From Balanoglossus misakiensis (lineage: Eukaryota > Animalia > Hemichordata), in contig CM082588.2 in assembly GCA_040954595.2 (NCBI GenBank), positions 4,652,156 to 4,716,155 on the forward strand: 64,000 nucleotides of DNA, in the 5' to 3' direction. A program made the position numbers and the translations under genes. Shown one piece after another: positions 62,901 to 64,000 of this stretch. Position 1 is the first letter of the stretch, and the number at the start of each line of letters is the position of its first letter. The notes below the pieces were generated by a model. The model did no database searches. It was not told the DNA's origin and was given only the letters and a program-made list of their open reading frames with translations.

Positions 62901-64000
62901 CAGTCTGTCATATTCCGCGAAGCCAACTAATTGTGGCTTTTTTCTTCGCCCGACCCGCGGCAGTCTTGTCAGATCCCCTCGCCAAGGAGCCAGCGTTGTT
63001 TCAGTGATACAAATTGAGCTAATAATATCGGCTTGTCTTTATACAGTTCTCCGTGATTGAAGTATATCGCTGTGACCTCAGAAGAGAACGCCGACGTTCA
63101 ACAGAGCGTGCGCATCGACTCATCCCTTTTTATGACACACTGCGCCGGCGTACTGAAGAACTGGCAGACCCCTAGGAAATGTCCATAGGTGACATACTCA
63201 CGGGGGCTCCAAGTTCTTCATCGACTTGGTTCGTTACTAGAGGATCCACGCGATCAATATGAAATACTTCTGTATTTATCAAGCGCTTAATTAGGTCATG
63301 AACCACAAGGAACTGTGCAGTACATAATTTATTTTTCAAGTGCAGTAATCATTCAAAATCTCATAATGTTTTAATCTCGCTGATGTAACATCGAAAAACC
63401 GCTTTGACTCTGATATCAATGGTAGTATTCAAAGACACCAAATGTCATCATTACATCAATCGGAGAATTCGTCAGAACATAAAGACAACTACGTCTACGT
63501 ATTGCAATATCTGATTCGGATGAAAAATAGAGACATTAATTGATCAGCCGCCATGACCGGTGTGGAGAAGCTTCGGCTGAGATAATGAGCCGACTCGGTC
63601 AGGTAGTGTCTGTCCATCTTTAGGTAACCCTTGATGTCAGATGTGACGGTTGCTTAGCAACGTAACCGTAGATGGCTACTTCACCGAAAGGAGCGATCTC
63701 AAATGTGTCGAGTTCTGATAAATTTCCCCATTAGTTGCCGGAGAATGGATCATTCTTTAAGAGATACATCGTGTAATCAAAATCTTCAGTGTACTCTTCG
63801 GGTACCCAGCTGTCATGCGCAACTTGAAAGACAGGCAAGTCGGCGGCCATCTTTGTACATCTAGTTAGAAAAAATCGATTTACGAGTTATGAACCTCTGA
63901 GAGACCGGTCATCCACATGTCAAACCAAGTCAATGACCGTCTTGAAAAATAGATAATTTATACGTGGGAAAATGCGTTGGAGAATTGAGAGAAAAAATAT

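Overview
Intron-rich animal genomic DNA, probably from a marine invertebrate deuterostome such as a hemichordate or echinoderm (inferred from gene content only). Manual splicing at GT-AG sites gives ten complete genes whose exon sums are divisible by 3, plus one partial gene. In order: the 3' end of a CUB-domain gene, a clan-3 cytochrome P450, a SyrP/DdaC-like TauD-family Fe(II)/2OG dioxygenase, Golgi alpha-1,2-mannosidase MAN1A, a carbohydrate sulfotransferase, five intact paralogues of a type-II-membrane O-fucosyltransferase-like (GT-B) family that is neither POFUT1 nor POFUT2, and an SLC22 transporter. The most interesting signal is this uninterrupted block of glycan- and small-molecule-modifying genes, especially the sulfotransferase beside the five fucosyltransferase-like genes. 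It could be a locus for sulfated, fucosylated glycans, but this is a hypothesis. The P450, the transporter and one fucosyltransferase-like copy carry unusual residues at key positions. Also present: a 1.3-kb Kolobok-type deletion derivative retaining the starts of both of its convergent genes, several MITE families, microsatellites, and a possible unannotated minus-strand transcript at 50.3-54.7 kb. No gene could be supported in 55-64 kb.
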